Shown piece by piece: positions 1 through 14,476 of a DNA stretch of 64,000 nucleotides. How positions within the stretch are numbered: the stretch's first letter is position 1; each line of letters opens with the position of its first letter. The notes under the pieces are model-generated. The model worked only from the letters and a program-made list of their open reading frames with translations, was not told where the DNA came from and made no database searches. Source of the DNA: Octopus vulgaris (taxonomy: Eukaryota); contig OX597817.1 of assembly GCA_951406725.2 (NCBI GenBank), positions 119,846,001-119,910,000 on the forward strand, read 5' to 3'. The translations under genes and the position numbers were made by a program.

Positions 1-966
1 TTTAAATGTTCTTTTCCTGAATAAGCTACATGGCTTAATATGCAAAAATTATATAAATTGATGATACAGAAATTGGAAAACAAGGATATAAGAGTTGGAA
101 AGGAAATTTGTTTCTTGATTTTTAACAAATTAAATTTCCTAATAGTTATTTTAAAATATAAATTAAATCAGAGACGTATTTTTCTGCTACCTATCTAAAA
201 TGAAAGTATAATGCTGGTTACTTGCTCTGGCAAAAACAAATTTTTCAATTTATAAATATAAATTAAATATAGTATAAACTATATGATGTCAATAAGTAAG
301 TTAGGTCCTTTGTCAGAATTAGTAAGATACCATTTTACATAAGCCATATATATCTCCTTTTTGCTTCAACAGATTTTTTTTATTCATTTCAGATAAAAAG
401 AAAAAAAATGAAAAAAAAAACAAATAATAGCTTAAAAAATGTAAAAAGTGAATATTTCAAAAATGTTTCTAAAAAGAATTTGATTTTACTTCCAAATATA
501 TTTCGAATAAATTGTTCAGTTTTAATTTCTTTTTTAAATTCACTAATTCTATTCAGGTTATTGTATTTTTCAAAATAAAAAAGAAACTATTTTTTATTTT
601 TTATCTTTTAAAGATGATTCTTTAGATAAATAAACAGAATACACTAATGTTTAACATCAACTGTTGGCTCTTAGGATGCCTTCATTGGAGTATATGTCAT
701 TGCAGGTATTCGGACCAGGACATGAGTATGAGGATAAATCCTTTCTTCCTTCTTCCTATCAGTCTTGAAGGTTCTGAAGAGGTCAGAAGTACTGTTCTTC
801 CTCCTCTGACAAAGTAATGTAAAAAAATGAATATATAAATTTGTTCTAACTTTAATTATGGATTCTGGTTCAAAGCCAAACAGTATTATGTATAAGTTAT
901 AAGTATGTTGGCTATCACTTCTTTCATTGGAAAAGACAACTAAATTCATTTATCCTACAAAAAATA

Positions 967-1270
967 GGGGAGGTACATGGCCTAGTGGTTAGAGTAGCAG
1001 ATTCGTAGTCGAGGGATTGCAGGTTCAAATTTCAGACAGGGCGATGTGTATGTTTATGAGTGAAACACTGGGGCTCCATGTGGCTCCGGGAGAAGGTAAT
1101 GACGAAGTTCTGCTGACTCTTTCACCACAACTTTCTCTCACTCTCTCCTCTTGCACCTTGCAGCTCACCTGTGACAGACCAGCGTCCCATCTAGGTGGGG
1201 AACCTTTATGCCAAGGATACCGGCCCTTATGATACCGACATGGCTCAAGAAGGAACAAACAACAACAACA
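967..1270 (+). mobile_element. tRNA-derived SINE with V/Meta-like central segment and (CAA)n tail
   Basis: A-box tggcctagtggtt, B-box ggttcaaat, body cctgtgacagaccagcgtcccatctagg, and aacaacaacaac tail. Confidence 0.8.
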
Positions 1271-2039
1271 AAAAAGGACACACAGGCTCACAACAAATTT
1301 GTAAACTCACTATGCAGAATTACAATTCTATCAAACTTGGTCTTGAAAGTATTCAAAGCTAATGCATTTTGGGCACTGGTTAGGTGAAATTGTTTCAAAA
1401 TCCTAAAAGTTTGATGTCTCAACTTTCTACTGATCATGAATAGATAAGAAGTTCTCTCACCCTCAACTAGAATGAGCTCTCTTTAAATATACTAGATATA
1501 TATATATATGAACTTTTATAAATACAACTGATCACTATTTGTCAGTGTGAGTTGGATTCCCTACTCATAATACAAATATACAAGACTGGATATCACATTT
1601 ATGTCTAGCCAATTCTAGTGTCAAAGATCTGTACTGTGGTGTTTAAATTATTTCATCATACTTATTAAATTCTAATGATCTGGAAAATTTTCCAGCTCAA
1701 GGTAGAGTTGAATCAATATCACGAATTATCACAATTTCACAATTTTTTTCTTATCTGAAAGGAATATTCCCAAATTTTGATTAACTTTATTTAACTGGAA
1801 TTCCAAATGGTAAGAGAATTTCAAGTAAATCATTATATTGACCTATAAATTTTTCACTATACACAAAGGTAAAATTACAATTCTAAAATTTGCTACAAAA
1901 GCACATAAGATCTCTCTTAGTAAATACACAGTTTCATCACACTAATGACTGACTATGTTTTAGGGCCAAAAATTATTTCAACTTTCCACAAATGAGACTT
2001 ACGAAGAAGTACTGTTTTTATATTTGGAATGATGCAGGT

Positions 2040-2420
2040 ATTACACATACAAAGACTCTAGACTGTATCTAAATAAAGATGAGCAGACTGACAGGAATAT
2101 AGCCATTTGCCTACACATTTCAGCCTCTGATGTACAGATATGCTGTCTTTTCTACCTCACTCTCTTCCTTTTTAGCTGCTACTAAAATGATCTCTGATTT
2201 TTTATGCTGGCTGATGTCACCACTTTGCAAGCAATGTGATTTACTTGTCTCTTCTCTCATTATCCACATTGAAAGCACTACTTTACACTAACTGCTATGC
2301 TCAGTTCTGCCTTGGCTCTCTGAAACCCCCACCCCACCCTCCTCCATACCTGGGTCTCAGTCTACATCCAGGGACTTTGCAACTATTCAAGAATTATAAC
2401 TATATCTTCAGTTTTGGAGG
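2040..2420 (+). mobile_element. Highly decayed LINE (CR1/L2/Jockey-group) ORF2 C-terminal relic
   Basis: Frame fragments TLDCI*IKMSRL and tcttttctacctcactctcttcc resemble the LDRIQ.KA.RL / RR.VSSL.LF C-terminal motifs. Confidence 0.35.
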
Positions 2421-4754
2421 GATTGCCAAAACAAAGGGTGTAACCCCTTTAAACCAAATCAATAAAATGATTAAAGTACACCAGTTATTTTCTAACTTTT
2501 TCTGATACCTTACATGCACTAAGCTTATTTAAAGGACTTTCAAAGTCAAACTAATTTGTGAATCTGAATGAATAGTATCCAAAATAGCTGTAAGATTCAT
2601 TTTATATAGCAGTAATAAAGTTATGCTGACAATCTCTTCAGAATTTATTGAGTATTAGCTTTGCTAACACTCACTAATGTCTTAAGCTAATTATATTTTC
2701 TAGTTAATATCCATTGCATCTATTATAAAAAAGTTATATGTTCACTCCTCTGTTTTCATAATGTTGTTGATGCACAGACAAATATGGAAAAGAAATCAAT
2801 GATTAATCACAAAACTTTCTTATTTGATGTTCATCACAAGCAAGTTCCTTTTAATAAGGTTAATACAGTTTACTTCCAAAACCAAATAAATATTTTCAAT
2901 TCTAAAATATACTAATTTCTAGGAATCTTTGTTTATATGTGTTAAACTGCTAAATAAAAAGTTATAAATATTTTAATCATAATCTTCCTCATTTGTTGGT
3001 ATAAGAAATAAAATCCAGACTTTTATCAAGTATTATACAAATACTTGAATTTAAAGAAACATCGAGCCCTACTAGGAAAGTAAAACTGAATGCAGAAATG
3101 TAATAACAGAATTAAAATCTCTTAATCTTAAGTTTTATATTTGAAAAATGCTGATAAAAAAACAAAAAATCCATTCCTTTCTACAGCACATAAATAAGCT
3201 AGTCTTCCTAACAACAAAAGAATATGCATTAATACATAAAATGTTTTTAGAATAATAGAGAACTTAAAAATGTAATGTTTAGAATATTTCTGAAAGGAAA
3301 GAAAATAAAACCAGTAGACATTTTCAAAGTATGATGGCGACCCAGAAAACAATATAAATGTCTAGTTAGAGGAAACAGACATTAAATAATACTATTTAAT
3401 AAAATATAAAATTTCATGGAACTAATAAAAGCAAATGTATATAGTTTTACAGCAAGGATAAAAAAAATACAACTTTTTCATGATGGAGATGATTTATATA
3501 GTTTTCATAGAAATTCTATTAATTGCAACTGTTTATTACTTCAATGGAACTTCTTTTTATTACAATTAGCCACATAAACTCATTCCTATTTTGGTTAGTT
3601 TTTCACTGATAATTGTTCACAATTTAATAAACATTGAAATAGAATTGATTACATTAATGTAGACTGCTCATCACATTGATAATTTTGCTTAATGGTTAGA
3701 CATTGTCTTAAATATAAAAAAAATGTCAAAAACTATGCAAAGAAATAAAATATAAGTCAATATAACTTTTGAAGAAATTATAAATAAATATGGCATTCCT
3801 TCAAAGTTTCAATGTTTATCTTGAATGAAATACAAAGTAAGCTTTGGAAACGATAACTTAAACTCTGCCAAGCTATGCTGCCGAAAGTATAGACTACCAT
3901 CCTTAATGTCATAACAATTTCCTTGTTATAAAAGAACTAGTTTTATTTAAAAACTTGCACTTTATAAATGCTAAACAAATAGATAATTTAAAACAAAGAA
4001 ACCAAAAAAAAAAAAACGTTATTGCCTGTCAATCTGGTCTCTGATTTCAAATTTAAACCACAGCAATCAAATCATATAACAGCAATCAAATCTTAAGTTC
4101 TTAAACAAGGAGAATCTGTAAGTGAAAGCTCTATCACAAAACAGATACCAGTTTCATGTTAAATCGTAACATTTGGCAGCTCAAAAACAATTTGCATAAT
4201 TTGCAATTTGCATAGTTTCCCTATTAGAATTCGTATTCATTCTAACAGGAAAATAACATCATTGTAACATTTTTTATTGCCAGCTAATAGTAGTGTTTCA
4301 TGTATTAGTAACAACAAGAACAAGACCTAAATTTTTGTTTGATTGTTATTACCAGAGCAATGTTTTCATCCTCAAAAAAAAAAAAGTAATGCTGTAAAGG
4401 ACGAATTGTAAAGTGAAAAGGTAAATATAGCTATTTTGAATAAATAACTACCAAACAGTAATTTCATTAAAAAACATCAGATAGATAATGACCTCTCCTA
4501 TACTTTCTAACACACATACACATACAGATAGATATAGAAACAGAACGAGAAAAAACTCATCATATATTGTAAAAAACTATATTAACAGAAGTAAGAATCA
4601 TCACAGCTGAAAGATCAGATGTGTTTCTTGTGGCTTTGAAACTTTCAGGAAATGTGTATCAGAAGAAAGGAAGAAAGGAAGAGGGAAAACAGAAAGGAAG
4701 AGAAGAAAAAGTGACAAATAAAAGGTAGCTAATACTGTTCAATAAAATAAAGCA

Positions 4755-4937
4755 GCAAATGCTTAGCAGTATTTCTCCCAATTTTATGTTCTGAGTTCAA
4801 ATGCTGCCAGGGTCAAATTTGTATTTCATCTTTTTTGGGGTCAATAAAATAAGTTTCAGTTGAGCACTGAGGTCAATGTAATCAACTTAGGCCCTCCTGC
4901 CAAAGTTGCTGGCCTTGTGCCAATATTTGAAACCAAT
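4755..4937 (+). mobile_element. Nin/Deu-domain tRNA SINE, decayed
   Basis: aaatgcttagc...gttctgagttcaaat...ggggtcaataaaataagt...gctggccttgtgcc; same family as 14636-14848. Confidence 0.75.
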
Positions 4938-6341
4938 ATTTTACAATAGAATATATCTATTTTAATCTGTTCAATGTCATAAAACAACTGGAACTTGATA
5001 ATATTCATTTCTTATATTACGTGAAGGCCATGCTGCTTTATAAATATTTAGGTTGAATCAGAACAGTCATGGAGAATTCCTTTTAGACACAAATAAACCC
5101 TCTAAGAAGTGCATGAATACCCGAGGCTATCATATTTATACTAATGACAAAATTATAAATTAATACTTTGTAAATTGCTTCGTTTCATTATCTTATATCT
5201 CCTACTTTGTTTCATTTTAAAAGCATTCTAATTTATATTATTCCAGCAACTTTGAAAATGAACAAGAAATAACAGGTGGAAGCTACCATAATTAGCACAG
5301 CTATGCTAGAAAATTTTGTACAGAATATGAGATGGTAAATGTAAAAGATAACTTCAAAAATCACAGTAATCAACCAACCATATTTTAGATTCATTATATC
5401 GGAAACTTTTTCTTTTCATGTTCTGAAACATTATAAAGTACATGATGGCTAACATTTATTACACTAATTGAAACAGAGCTTCCAAATAATAACAGTCATT
5501 AGGAGTATACGATCCTTTATGTCTAACTATAAGATATGTGCTTTTGATTTATAACCAATAGTATCAATTTAAAAATTGCATTAGACAAACAAATTTCAAA
5601 GCCATTTCTTACTGCTATTTCCAAAATCATTCTTATACATCATAAGAAAAATTATAAACAAGAGCGGAAGAAACTAAAGTAACATGCAGAAATGTTATTA
5701 TGTGATTGCAGTTTTCAAAACATGCAAAGTTTCTCAAGAAAGTGAGTTATGATATATCTTATGTATATAGCTGTATTGATTTTTCACATTGGGCCAAGGT
5801 TATAAATGTTTCAGAAATCGAGTAGTATATGAAATGATTAGTACTTATTTTATTAACAGGATTTGAACATAAAGTATAGAGGAAGGAAACTAATTAATGT
5901 AGTTCAATGTGTCTGGCACTATGCTTTGATCATGCATAATTTCTGTGCCTTGTTTTGAAGCCTTTAGCTATATTTGTTATAAAAATTAACATTTTTTTTT
6001 CTTCGGCACAAGGTAATATCAATCAAATTTCTAAATATTACTGTCTACTGCAAGTATGTGATATCAACATGTAATTTACATTTCAGTCAATAATTACCAA
6101 AATATCAGTCAATATTTCACTAATTATGCATTAGCCATATATCCATTAGTAGTTTCATCTATATAATAGTCAATATTTTCTAGTAAAAACAAGAAAATGA
6201 AAGGAATACAATTTTAATTAATGAATATTGAGTATTAATCCTTGTCTAGTGAAACAGTTAGCTAGATTCAGAAACTGTATTATCCTTTATCCATAAGTGA
6301 CTTCTGCTGCCACAAACATGAGTAAATTTCTTTGTCATTAC

Positions 6342-6481
6342 CTTAAATGCAAGAAATAGTGGCCAAATATCCCTCAAATTAAATCCTTCTATGCTATCAT
6401 TAACAAAACAAGATGTGTTGGATGAAGTAGTTCTAGATATACTATCCAAAACAAGACACACCCTTTGGCTTTAAAAGTCCA
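6342..6481 (-). pseudogene. Pseudo-exon: C-terminal half of a death-domain-like region
   Basis: tttttag| acceptor and AAG|gtaatg donor. Frameshifted translation GVSCF/VYLELLHPT/CFVNDSIEGFNLRDIWPLFL is phase-compatible with the 7745 donor. Confidence 0.4.
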
Positions 6482-7744
6482 CTAAAAATTATGTAACCAG
6501 ACCATAACAATATTTTAGGGAACATTTCCCTTTTATAGTATTTGTATATTCCTCCAGAATAAAACCATTATTAACAAAAACTAAGTTTACAAAGATGATG
6601 TCACAATAAACAAATCGAGGCTATGTTTCTCTTGTTTATAACAGTAAAAATCCTTACTGAGTAGAGAAAGCTTCATGAATGTGATGATTTATCTTTTCTC
6701 AGTGTTCCACTCAGCATACATAGCCCATGTTAACATGACAATTGGCAATAGAACAGACATACCAAAATAGAAATCCCAGATAGAATCCCATAAAAATACT
6801 GCTCTGTATAAAGTTGCATGGGCGAATAGAGTATAACAGACACATTCAATGCAAGCAAGTATGAAAAAAAAAACAATGTTTAAAACTACTGCAGATGCCG
6901 ATTAAATTATATATCTTTTTCTTTATCAAAATTATCATGAACACAACTCTCTCTCAGTAAAACACTTAAATAGCAAGCAATTTAACAAATTACCAATATA
7001 AGAAAATCTAGGTTAATATATTATAAGGCTACAGAAAATTGCATCATAGTCTTCTTGTAGACAAATAACCTCATCATATTATGACTTCCTAAGAATTATT
7101 GATAATATTCTATTTTCCTCAACCTACTCATTGGATTATTTGGAAAAACATACTTTTAAAAAGAGCTGCCTTAAAACAGTTTGCTTGTTTTTATTCTCAA
7201 AAGTAATTAATTGCAAGTTCAACAATACACAAACATTGATAGTATTTTCAGCCAATGGATAATTATCAGAAGACTATTTATAAACTCCTCAGTAATTAAA
7301 ATTAGATACATGAGAGCTCTCAGAAATAAATATGCAGTTTAATCAGTTATATTCCCAATCCCATGAAGCCTCAGTAGCCCTTCATCTAACATATTAACAG
7401 TAACAAATATAATGCAGTGACTTGACTTCAAATGAATTTTGGGACATGAAAACTTGTTAATGAATTTTTAAACAATAATATATCAATTAGAGAAAGCCAG
7501 TACAAAGAAAGAAAGCAAGGCAGTTGCTTCTCAAGGCATTTAATCTCAGTGATTTTGAATCTGCTAAGAGCAAGAATAATTGTTTAATTATTTCTTTATA
7601 CATTAAAATCAATTCTAAAAATTGAAAAAAAGATATATAATAGAATAAATTATAAAAGATTATTATAGTTTTACAAGAGTATTTTGCTGAAGATTGTGAA
7701 GGAATTCTAAGCGTTACATGAAATATTTTCTCATTACCATATAC

Positions 7745-7896
7745 CTGCATCTAAAATCTGCTTCAGAATCTGAAACCCCATAATACTAACAGATCCGACA
7801 TGTCTGCTCAAATTCTAAAGGAACTAGCAACCGGGCTATCCTTGTTCTGACATTAATCTTGCAGGAATTATCATACTGCTCATGCATTCTTAAGGA
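7745..7896 (-). pseudogene. Pseudo-exon: N-terminal half of a death-domain-like region (DAPK1/UNC5/EDARADD type)
   Basis: ttttcag| acceptor and CAG|gtatat donor. Translation SLRMHEQYDNSCKINVRTRIARLLVPLEFEQTCRIC*YYGVSDSEADFRC contains one TAG. Confidence 0.5.
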
Positions 7897-8439
7897 CTGA
7901 AAACAGGTATTGATTTTGTCCAGTATTTAAACATGGAAAATTGTACAAAACCAAATAGAGAACTCAGATCAATATCCATCATGTGTATTATCTAAAAAAA
8001 AAATAATGCAACTCAGAATCCATTGCAACAGCATTAAGTATTCATCTTCCCATTCCTTTAATAACCGATAGCCAATACAACATCAAACATGAAAACTGCA
8101 TTGAGTGCAAATTATCATCACTTTTTGTCCATTTTCCATTTCCATGGGCCATCATGGTCTGAATCACTTATTCAGAGTTACTGCTCTCTTAGATAAATTA
8201 GAGGACCACCTTTTATGCTTGGCATGACTTCTATGGCTGGGTGGTTTTTCCTAACACCTACTTTTTTATGGAACGTGCTGGATACAGTTTAGCATGACAC
8301 CGGAACTAGAGAAGTTATCGTGCCCTCAACAAGACATGTTTAAAAGGGCCTCATGATTCAATAGTTTCCACTTCACATAGTTTAATGGGTACATTCTTAA
8401 CATTGTACCACATTAATGATGTTAGCTATTACACCATAA

Positions 8440-8730
8440 CAACAAAAAAAATGTCTATACTACTTTGTGTTGACCATCAGAAAGAATACAAGAGAGGGCG
8501 ATTGCAGACCATGTAGGAAAATGAGAGGAAGAAAGAAGTAAGAACATGTTGGGATAGACAGAGTGACTGGGTGACAGTTTGGAAAAGAATAGAGAAATGG
8601 AGGAAGAAGTGCCTGAGGCATTGCACTTAATGCGAAGCATTTTGCTGTCAGCTGAGGTAATAAATCTCTGAGCTTTTCCCAACCGATTCTTATTCAGGAT
8701 GCTAAACTCTACTTTAAGAACACTCACCTG
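8440..8730 (-). mobile_element. Decayed LINE ORF2 C-terminal relic
   Basis: ORF 8455-8727, LNKNRLGKAQRFI...NASGTSSSISLF, resembles the LINE LDRVQ..A.RLI...RR.VASL.LF motif. Confidence 0.45.
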
Positions 8731-8929
8731 AAATGCTAATTCAGTCTTCTAGGTAACAAAAATTCTCAACTATTTCTAGAGATTGGGCATTTGAGAGAAT
8801 ATATTTCATATGTATTCTTAGTGCTCCTGTGCATCAGCTGCAGATGAAGTTTATCTTCTGCATTAGCATTCCTGTGATTCAGCCACTTCTCTTGTTTATT
8901 CATTGTTTAGCAGTATCCTTGATATCATA

Positions 8930-9300
8930 TCATTCAGAAATCTGTTGGGATGCTAATTTAGATGTTGACAATATTTTCCTAGACATCTCTAAAGTACAGA
9001 ATCATATCAGCCAACGATATTACTGTGTGAAGTTACAATACTACAGAACATGAGTGGAAAACTTCATAAATGGATCTCTTTCAATCCACCAGAAAGGAGA
9101 GGACTGTGGTTAATAGCTCCTCTTGATGATCATAAATAACTTGCCAGACTGAAGTATTTCTATCAACAAATTTCCAATATTAAAGTAGGATGGTACAAAC
9201 AGTTACAATGTGCTCAAGACTATGACAAATGTAAATTCTGAAAGTAGACAAAAGAATCTAACTACTGAAGATGGTCATATCCATATGTAGCCTGCAGAAT
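8930..9300 (+). mobile_element. Decayed CR1/L2-like reverse-transcriptase relic
   Basis: DVDNIFLDISKV (~VDVIYLDFSKAFD), WISFQSTRKERTVVNSSS (~WI..FL..R.QRVVVNG), YDKCK (~FN..KC). Confidence 0.55.
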
Positions 9301-9349
9301 ATACTCAAGAACTAAAGTATGTTTATATAACTTTCCTGTCATAAGCAGG

Positions 9350-9903
9350 AAGTTCCTTAAAAAGAGTAGGTGTCACAAGATATGGCACCCACCAAGCAGA
9401 AACATTCATCATGCCAAGTTCATTGGACAGAATATTTTCAACTCTTTCACAGCATGTGCTAATAGTATGTGGCTTTTGATTTATGGTCAGTTGCTTGTCA
9501 CCCATGACCATGTAGTGCACATAATCAATGTTTTTTGCAATGATGGCAGTTACGGGATGTTCAGACTTTGGGTCCCTTCCCTTCCTAAATTCAGCTGCTA
9601 ACTTTTGCACTGTTGATGAAGCTGGAATCATCCTTTAATGTAGCAACCATGTCAGCATGAATGTCCTTAGGGGCTAAACTCTTTTTCTGAGGGTACTTCA
9701 TAGCACCACGATACCAAATTTTTCCCATTTTAAAAAGAAGTTGCTACAAGTTGCTTTTGAAGTCTTCTTTGAACAGATGTCATTTAACATGGAATGAATT
9801 AATGCAGTCGCAAGAAAAGTAGGAAATTAATGCATGCAAGATTTCATAGTTCAAGCATAGCACCTTCATCGTCAGCCTATGAACTTCTTCACCCACCCTT
9901 GTA
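9350..9903 (-). mobile_element. mariner (Tc1/mariner) transposon 5' part, decayed
   Basis: ORF 9323-9631 ends NELGMMNVSAWWVPYLVT (WVPxxL motif); TIR-like end TA-caagggtgggtgaagaagttc at 9903. Confidence 0.85.
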
Positions 9904-11049
9904 TTGTAAATAGAATTTTGTTTTCTTAATCCAAATATATAAGGTTTTGATAATGGGACACAGATGCCCATCATACAGTTACCACAGTAGAGGCATACAT
10001 AGAGAGTATTGATAGCTGAGAAACAGAAAAATCAAGGCAAAGAGGTGTACCCAAACAATTGTGGGAAAAGCAGTTTGTGTATCTTTCTGGCAAGACATAG
10101 AACTGAGTTCACCTACATATATTCCCCAATAGACATAATTACAGGGCTTGTAAGTTTGGTAAGTCCAACTTCCTGAATAGGAAAAAAATAGTCCAAAATA
10201 ATGACAATATAAAAACTAAAACAATGTACCTAAATAATACATGGCCACAGCTCGTGAGCTGAAACTAGATGAAATTTTTTTTAAATTAAAAAAATTGAAC
10301 ATGCAAAAGTCTTTATGTTGGCATCAGTTTGAGAAAGCAAGTGTATAATGATGACAATATCTATTTTGTCTGCGCATTTATGAATATTCTAAACAGATCA
10401 GGAAAATATAAGTGTTGAAATAGAAACAATAAATTGAAAATATTTACTGATGTATACTCCAGAAACATAAGCTATGTTATTAAATTTCATATGTAAAATG
10501 CAAAGTAATATTGACAAAGATCGATTAGGAAAATTATTCTTAGATCAGAGGCAGGTGACCTGTATACAGTTACTGTACCCTAAACAGCACTCAAGAATTC
10601 ACAAAAAACATCTTAGGTGCATTATTATTTGTCAGGTGTCAGTTCTATGCTAGATTAATTTGACAAGTTGTTACTGTTTTGCTTTGTTTCTTCTTTTACA
10701 AGATATTACTTGCATTTTCTTTCAACAACTGAAATTCATGATTATTCTTTTTTTTTCAAAGCATTTCATTTTGTTCAGTTTACTTGAGTATTCGTTGATT
10801 TTTGTTTCTTGCTTCACCTTAGCACTCTGACAAATGCAAAGCTAAAACAGTTTATGATTACAACAATGAATAATGCATCATTTTCTTTCTTATTTTACTT
10901 TCTTTTTGTTTTGCATTTATTAAAAAGTGTTTAAATCACAGAAGCCTTTCTTTATTTGATCTTTTCTTCTTCTACTCTGAAAGCTGTTGCTAATTTTTTG
11001 AAGGAAATTTTGATGGGAAAAAATGTTTTTTGTATAAACAGACAAATTT

Positions 11050-11274
11050 GCTTTTAGTTCAAATTGAATCTTGGACACATGTTTAAGTTCTTGTATCTAA
11101 GCCAACTATCCACAATTTAGTTACTAACAAGAAAGATTTTAGTCTGCATTCTGTAGTGATGGTCTGTATTCTATAGGAAATATAACTAACATTTGTGAAT
11201 AAACAGGTAATAGGCTGACAACTTGAAGAACATGACTGTTGCACCAAAGACTTGTACTCATAAATGAAGTGCAA
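11050..11274 (-). pseudogene. Pseudo-exon: COR domain C-terminal segment
   Basis: Strong acceptor ctctctttttcttcttgtag|, in phase 0 with the 16074 donor. KLWIVGL[1-nt shift]RYKNLNMCP resembles the COR end motif W.GL.Y...CP. The 3' boundary is uncertain. Confidence 0.5.
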
Positions 11275-12475
11275 CTACAAGAAGAAAAAGAGAGCAGTAT
11301 TTGTATAAAATATTCTCAAGTAACTAGAATTCTATTTTTTTTTAATCTTTGAAATAGCTGATGTTTCACATTAATATTTAATGAGCAAAAAACTTCCATG
11401 ATCAAAAGAGGGGGTCAAATGAGAAAATCTACAGATAAAACATTTTACTAAGTACTAAGTACCTTAATCCATATTAAAAAATATCATTGCTAAAACAATC
11501 TATTCAACATCCCTTTTTGCAGCATACAGCTGCAAGAATTTTGGTCATATGGAAACTACAAATTCCATAGAAACCTTTAGCATAATATTCAAGCTAAGCT
11601 TTCGAATAACAGGCACAGTTCATCTATCAGTAAGATTTTGTCTACCCATTTTCATTCACATGACATAGGTATATGTAGGGCTATAGTTAGTATAGTTTGG
11701 ATGGATGGATTAATACAGTCTTGAGTCAATACTTATTCAGCCAGCCATAAAAATCCTGCCTTGAATAAGCCTCCATCCAAATCTATGCTAGCATGAAGAA
11801 ACAGACATTAAACTAATGAACAAATATACAGACATGTAATTAATATAAGATGCATATCAGTACATATACATAAACACGGTCATAAATATAAAGTCAACAA
11901 TTTCTTTGGTTACTTGGTGCTTCAATGATGATTTCTTTCATCAGCACAAAATTGCACTGTTTCAGAAGAATGGTCAATAGGAGTTACCCAGTTCCTATTG
12001 CAAAAAAAAAAAAAAATGTTTTCTCACGACCAGTATAACAAAGCTGGTGTTAAAATTTGTATTTGGGGTGTTATTGCTAAAGATATGTTATACAACTTCA
12101 ACAATTAATACTCTGTTATATTTAAGACTGAGTTCTCTTTTCATGAAATAATAAAAACAAATTAAACAACTTTTTCACATACCATTCTTACCATAAACTA
12201 AAATACCACCTATTGCTTGTCAACTTCTACTTCCCAACAACACTGAAATTTCATGACAAAACTTTTACACGGTTGCCTCAGCTGCTAGAAATAGCAGCCA
12301 AACCACTTTACTGTATTAAAAAAAAATGGAAGTATAGATTGGATGGATGATATAGCCTGTGATGCATTATGTCATTTAAAACAATGGTATAGTCATAGAC
12401 AGAATGTCTCTGATAATAAGTCTGCTCAATCAGTGATGACCTGATCAACAATATCAAATACTCATTTGCTATGTC

Positions 12476-12822
12476 ACTCTTTTACTTGTTTCAGCCAGTT
12501 GACTGTGGCCATGCTGGAGCACCGCCTTTAATCGAGCAACTCGACCCCGAGACTTATTCTTTGTAAGCCTAGTACTTATTCTATCAGTCTCTTTTGCCGA
12601 ACCTCTAAGTGACGGGGACATAAACGCACCAGACATACAAACATACACACACACATATATATACGACGGGCTTCTTTCAGTTTCCGTCTACCAAATCCAC
12701 TCACAATGCTTTGGTCGGCCCGAGGCTATAGTAGAAGACACTTGCCCAAGGTGCCATGCAGTGGGACTGAACCCGGAACCATGTGGTTGGTAAACAAGCT
12801 ACTTACCACACAGCCACTCCTG
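12476..12822 (-). mobile_element. tRNA-derived CORE-like octopus SINE (family A)
   Basis: Minus strand reads caggagtggctgtgtggtaag...ggttcagtccc...ccttgggcaagtgtc; near-identical copies at 19234, 22268 and 59845. Confidence 0.9.
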
Positions 12823-12916
12823 TAGAGAATTTGTTTTAAAAAGTATTAAAATCATGATCACTGTTAAACAGAGTGTAGAAAAATGCTCAGATTAAGATTT
12901 TCTAGCAATTTTGATA

Positions 12917-13422
12917 TCTATATATATAAAACTCTAGTTGTGTGAGTGTTTGTCCCCTTCGATTTAGATTCCTAACTCCTCCCACATTTTGCGGTGCAGT
13001 TTAACCAAATTCGGGTATCTTATAGTCGTGATTCATATCGAGCCCGTCTGACTATTAGCGCGCATCAACGATGAGTCTACGATTTTAAAAATAATTTAAC
13101 ATCATTTTTTATTCCATTTTAATGCATAAAATGCATCGTATGTCAATGGCGGCGGAGTTGGCGTCCATGCTCACAGCTGCACCTATTTGCTTCTCCCCCT
13201 TCCCTCCCTTGTGAAGCTGTGGGGAAGGGAGTGTAAAGAAATCAACGTCGTAATGCGTTGTGAAGGAAACCAGCGTTCTTTTAGAACAACGACTTCATGG
13301 CTTGAAGACACCAAAACAAAAATGGCTAAGAAAGCCCGAATTTATAAGGGAAGTAACTCTCTAACAATGCTTATATAGTTATTTCCCTTACAAACCCGAG
13401 CAACGCCGGGCGATACTGCTAG
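12917..13422 (+). mobile_element. Non-autonomous Helitron
   Basis: A|TC 5' end (tctatatatataaaac), subterminal hairpin cccgagcaacgccggg, CTAG|T 3' end, no TSD. Confidence 0.9.
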
Positions 13423-14256
13423 TCATTCATAAAAGAAAAACTTTTGTAAAACATTAACATTTTTATTGAGGCTTATGGTATGATTACCGAAGAAAAGTCT
13501 GAACAATACATCTTCCAATGCTCCTTTATCTTATTGTGGAAGAATAACCAAGTAACCTAGTTTTGTTGATTGCCTTTAATCATCCAGCTTTGATTATTTT
13601 TAAACTGTATTGCATAGGATATCATATCTTTCTAATTGACATTTGCACAAATTTACCAGACATCTTGCAGTAGTAACAATATCCATTCTTCTTACCACTT
13701 AAAGGTTTTGCAATTTAAATGACATCTTTGCTGAATGATAAAAAAAAAGACTAAAAAACAAAAATAGCTTGGCTTTCATCTAAAATACAGACCTCACATC
13801 TTCTTATATATATGCATTTTTTCCCTTTAAAATTACTTTTGTTGGAATTAGAATGCTTTATAGTTGGACAAGTCAAACGAAAACAAAAGTTTGAAAGTGT
13901 AACATATTTTTTTACTGAAATGTCTTTCTGTCAAAACAATTGACTATGAAATGAACAATCCTACTTATTATTCTGTATATATTTTGTCTGTGTGTGGGGC
14001 TCATATACTAGTTAATGTGTTGGTGCTTTCTAAATTAATGTCACTAATTTTTTGTTTTCTAACAGGATTTCTAAGTGTAAGTATATAGAGTTAAGCTCTT
14101 TCATAAAAATTTCACATGAAGTACCATACTACATTAATTATAGCCATTTCAATGTAGGCTTATATTTTATGGAAGCATTTGCTTCTTTTTAAACCAGCAC
14201 AGTATACAGTAAATTATACACAGTATATGAACTCATAAAAGCCTTAACTTTATTAA

Positions 14257-14476
14257 CCCTTTCACTACCAACCCAGCTGAAACCGGCTCTGCCTCTGAGT
14301 ACAAATGACTTGTTTTCATAAACTAGGAATTAAAATCTTCCACCAAACCTTAGTCACAACTTATGTTACTAACACTAGCTGAATAATAACTGAATTATTT
14401 TACTAAATTCTTTGTTAGATTTAAAGTAATTCAAAGACACACAGAGCATCTCAAAATAAATACAGTAATGAAAGAG
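14257..14476. mobile_element. piggyBac-type MITE
   Basis: TTAA flanks at 14253-56 and 14477-80; TIRs CCCTTTCACTAC / GTAATGAAAGAG. Confidence 0.85.

Noticed and set aside
671-954. 92-aa minus-strand ORF with an acceptor at 955, as a possible terminal exon
   Set aside because: No recognisable motif, so it cannot be linked to the Roco chain.
967-1040. Possible tRNA gene
   Set aside because: It has A/B boxes but no complete cloverleaf and continues into a SINE body.
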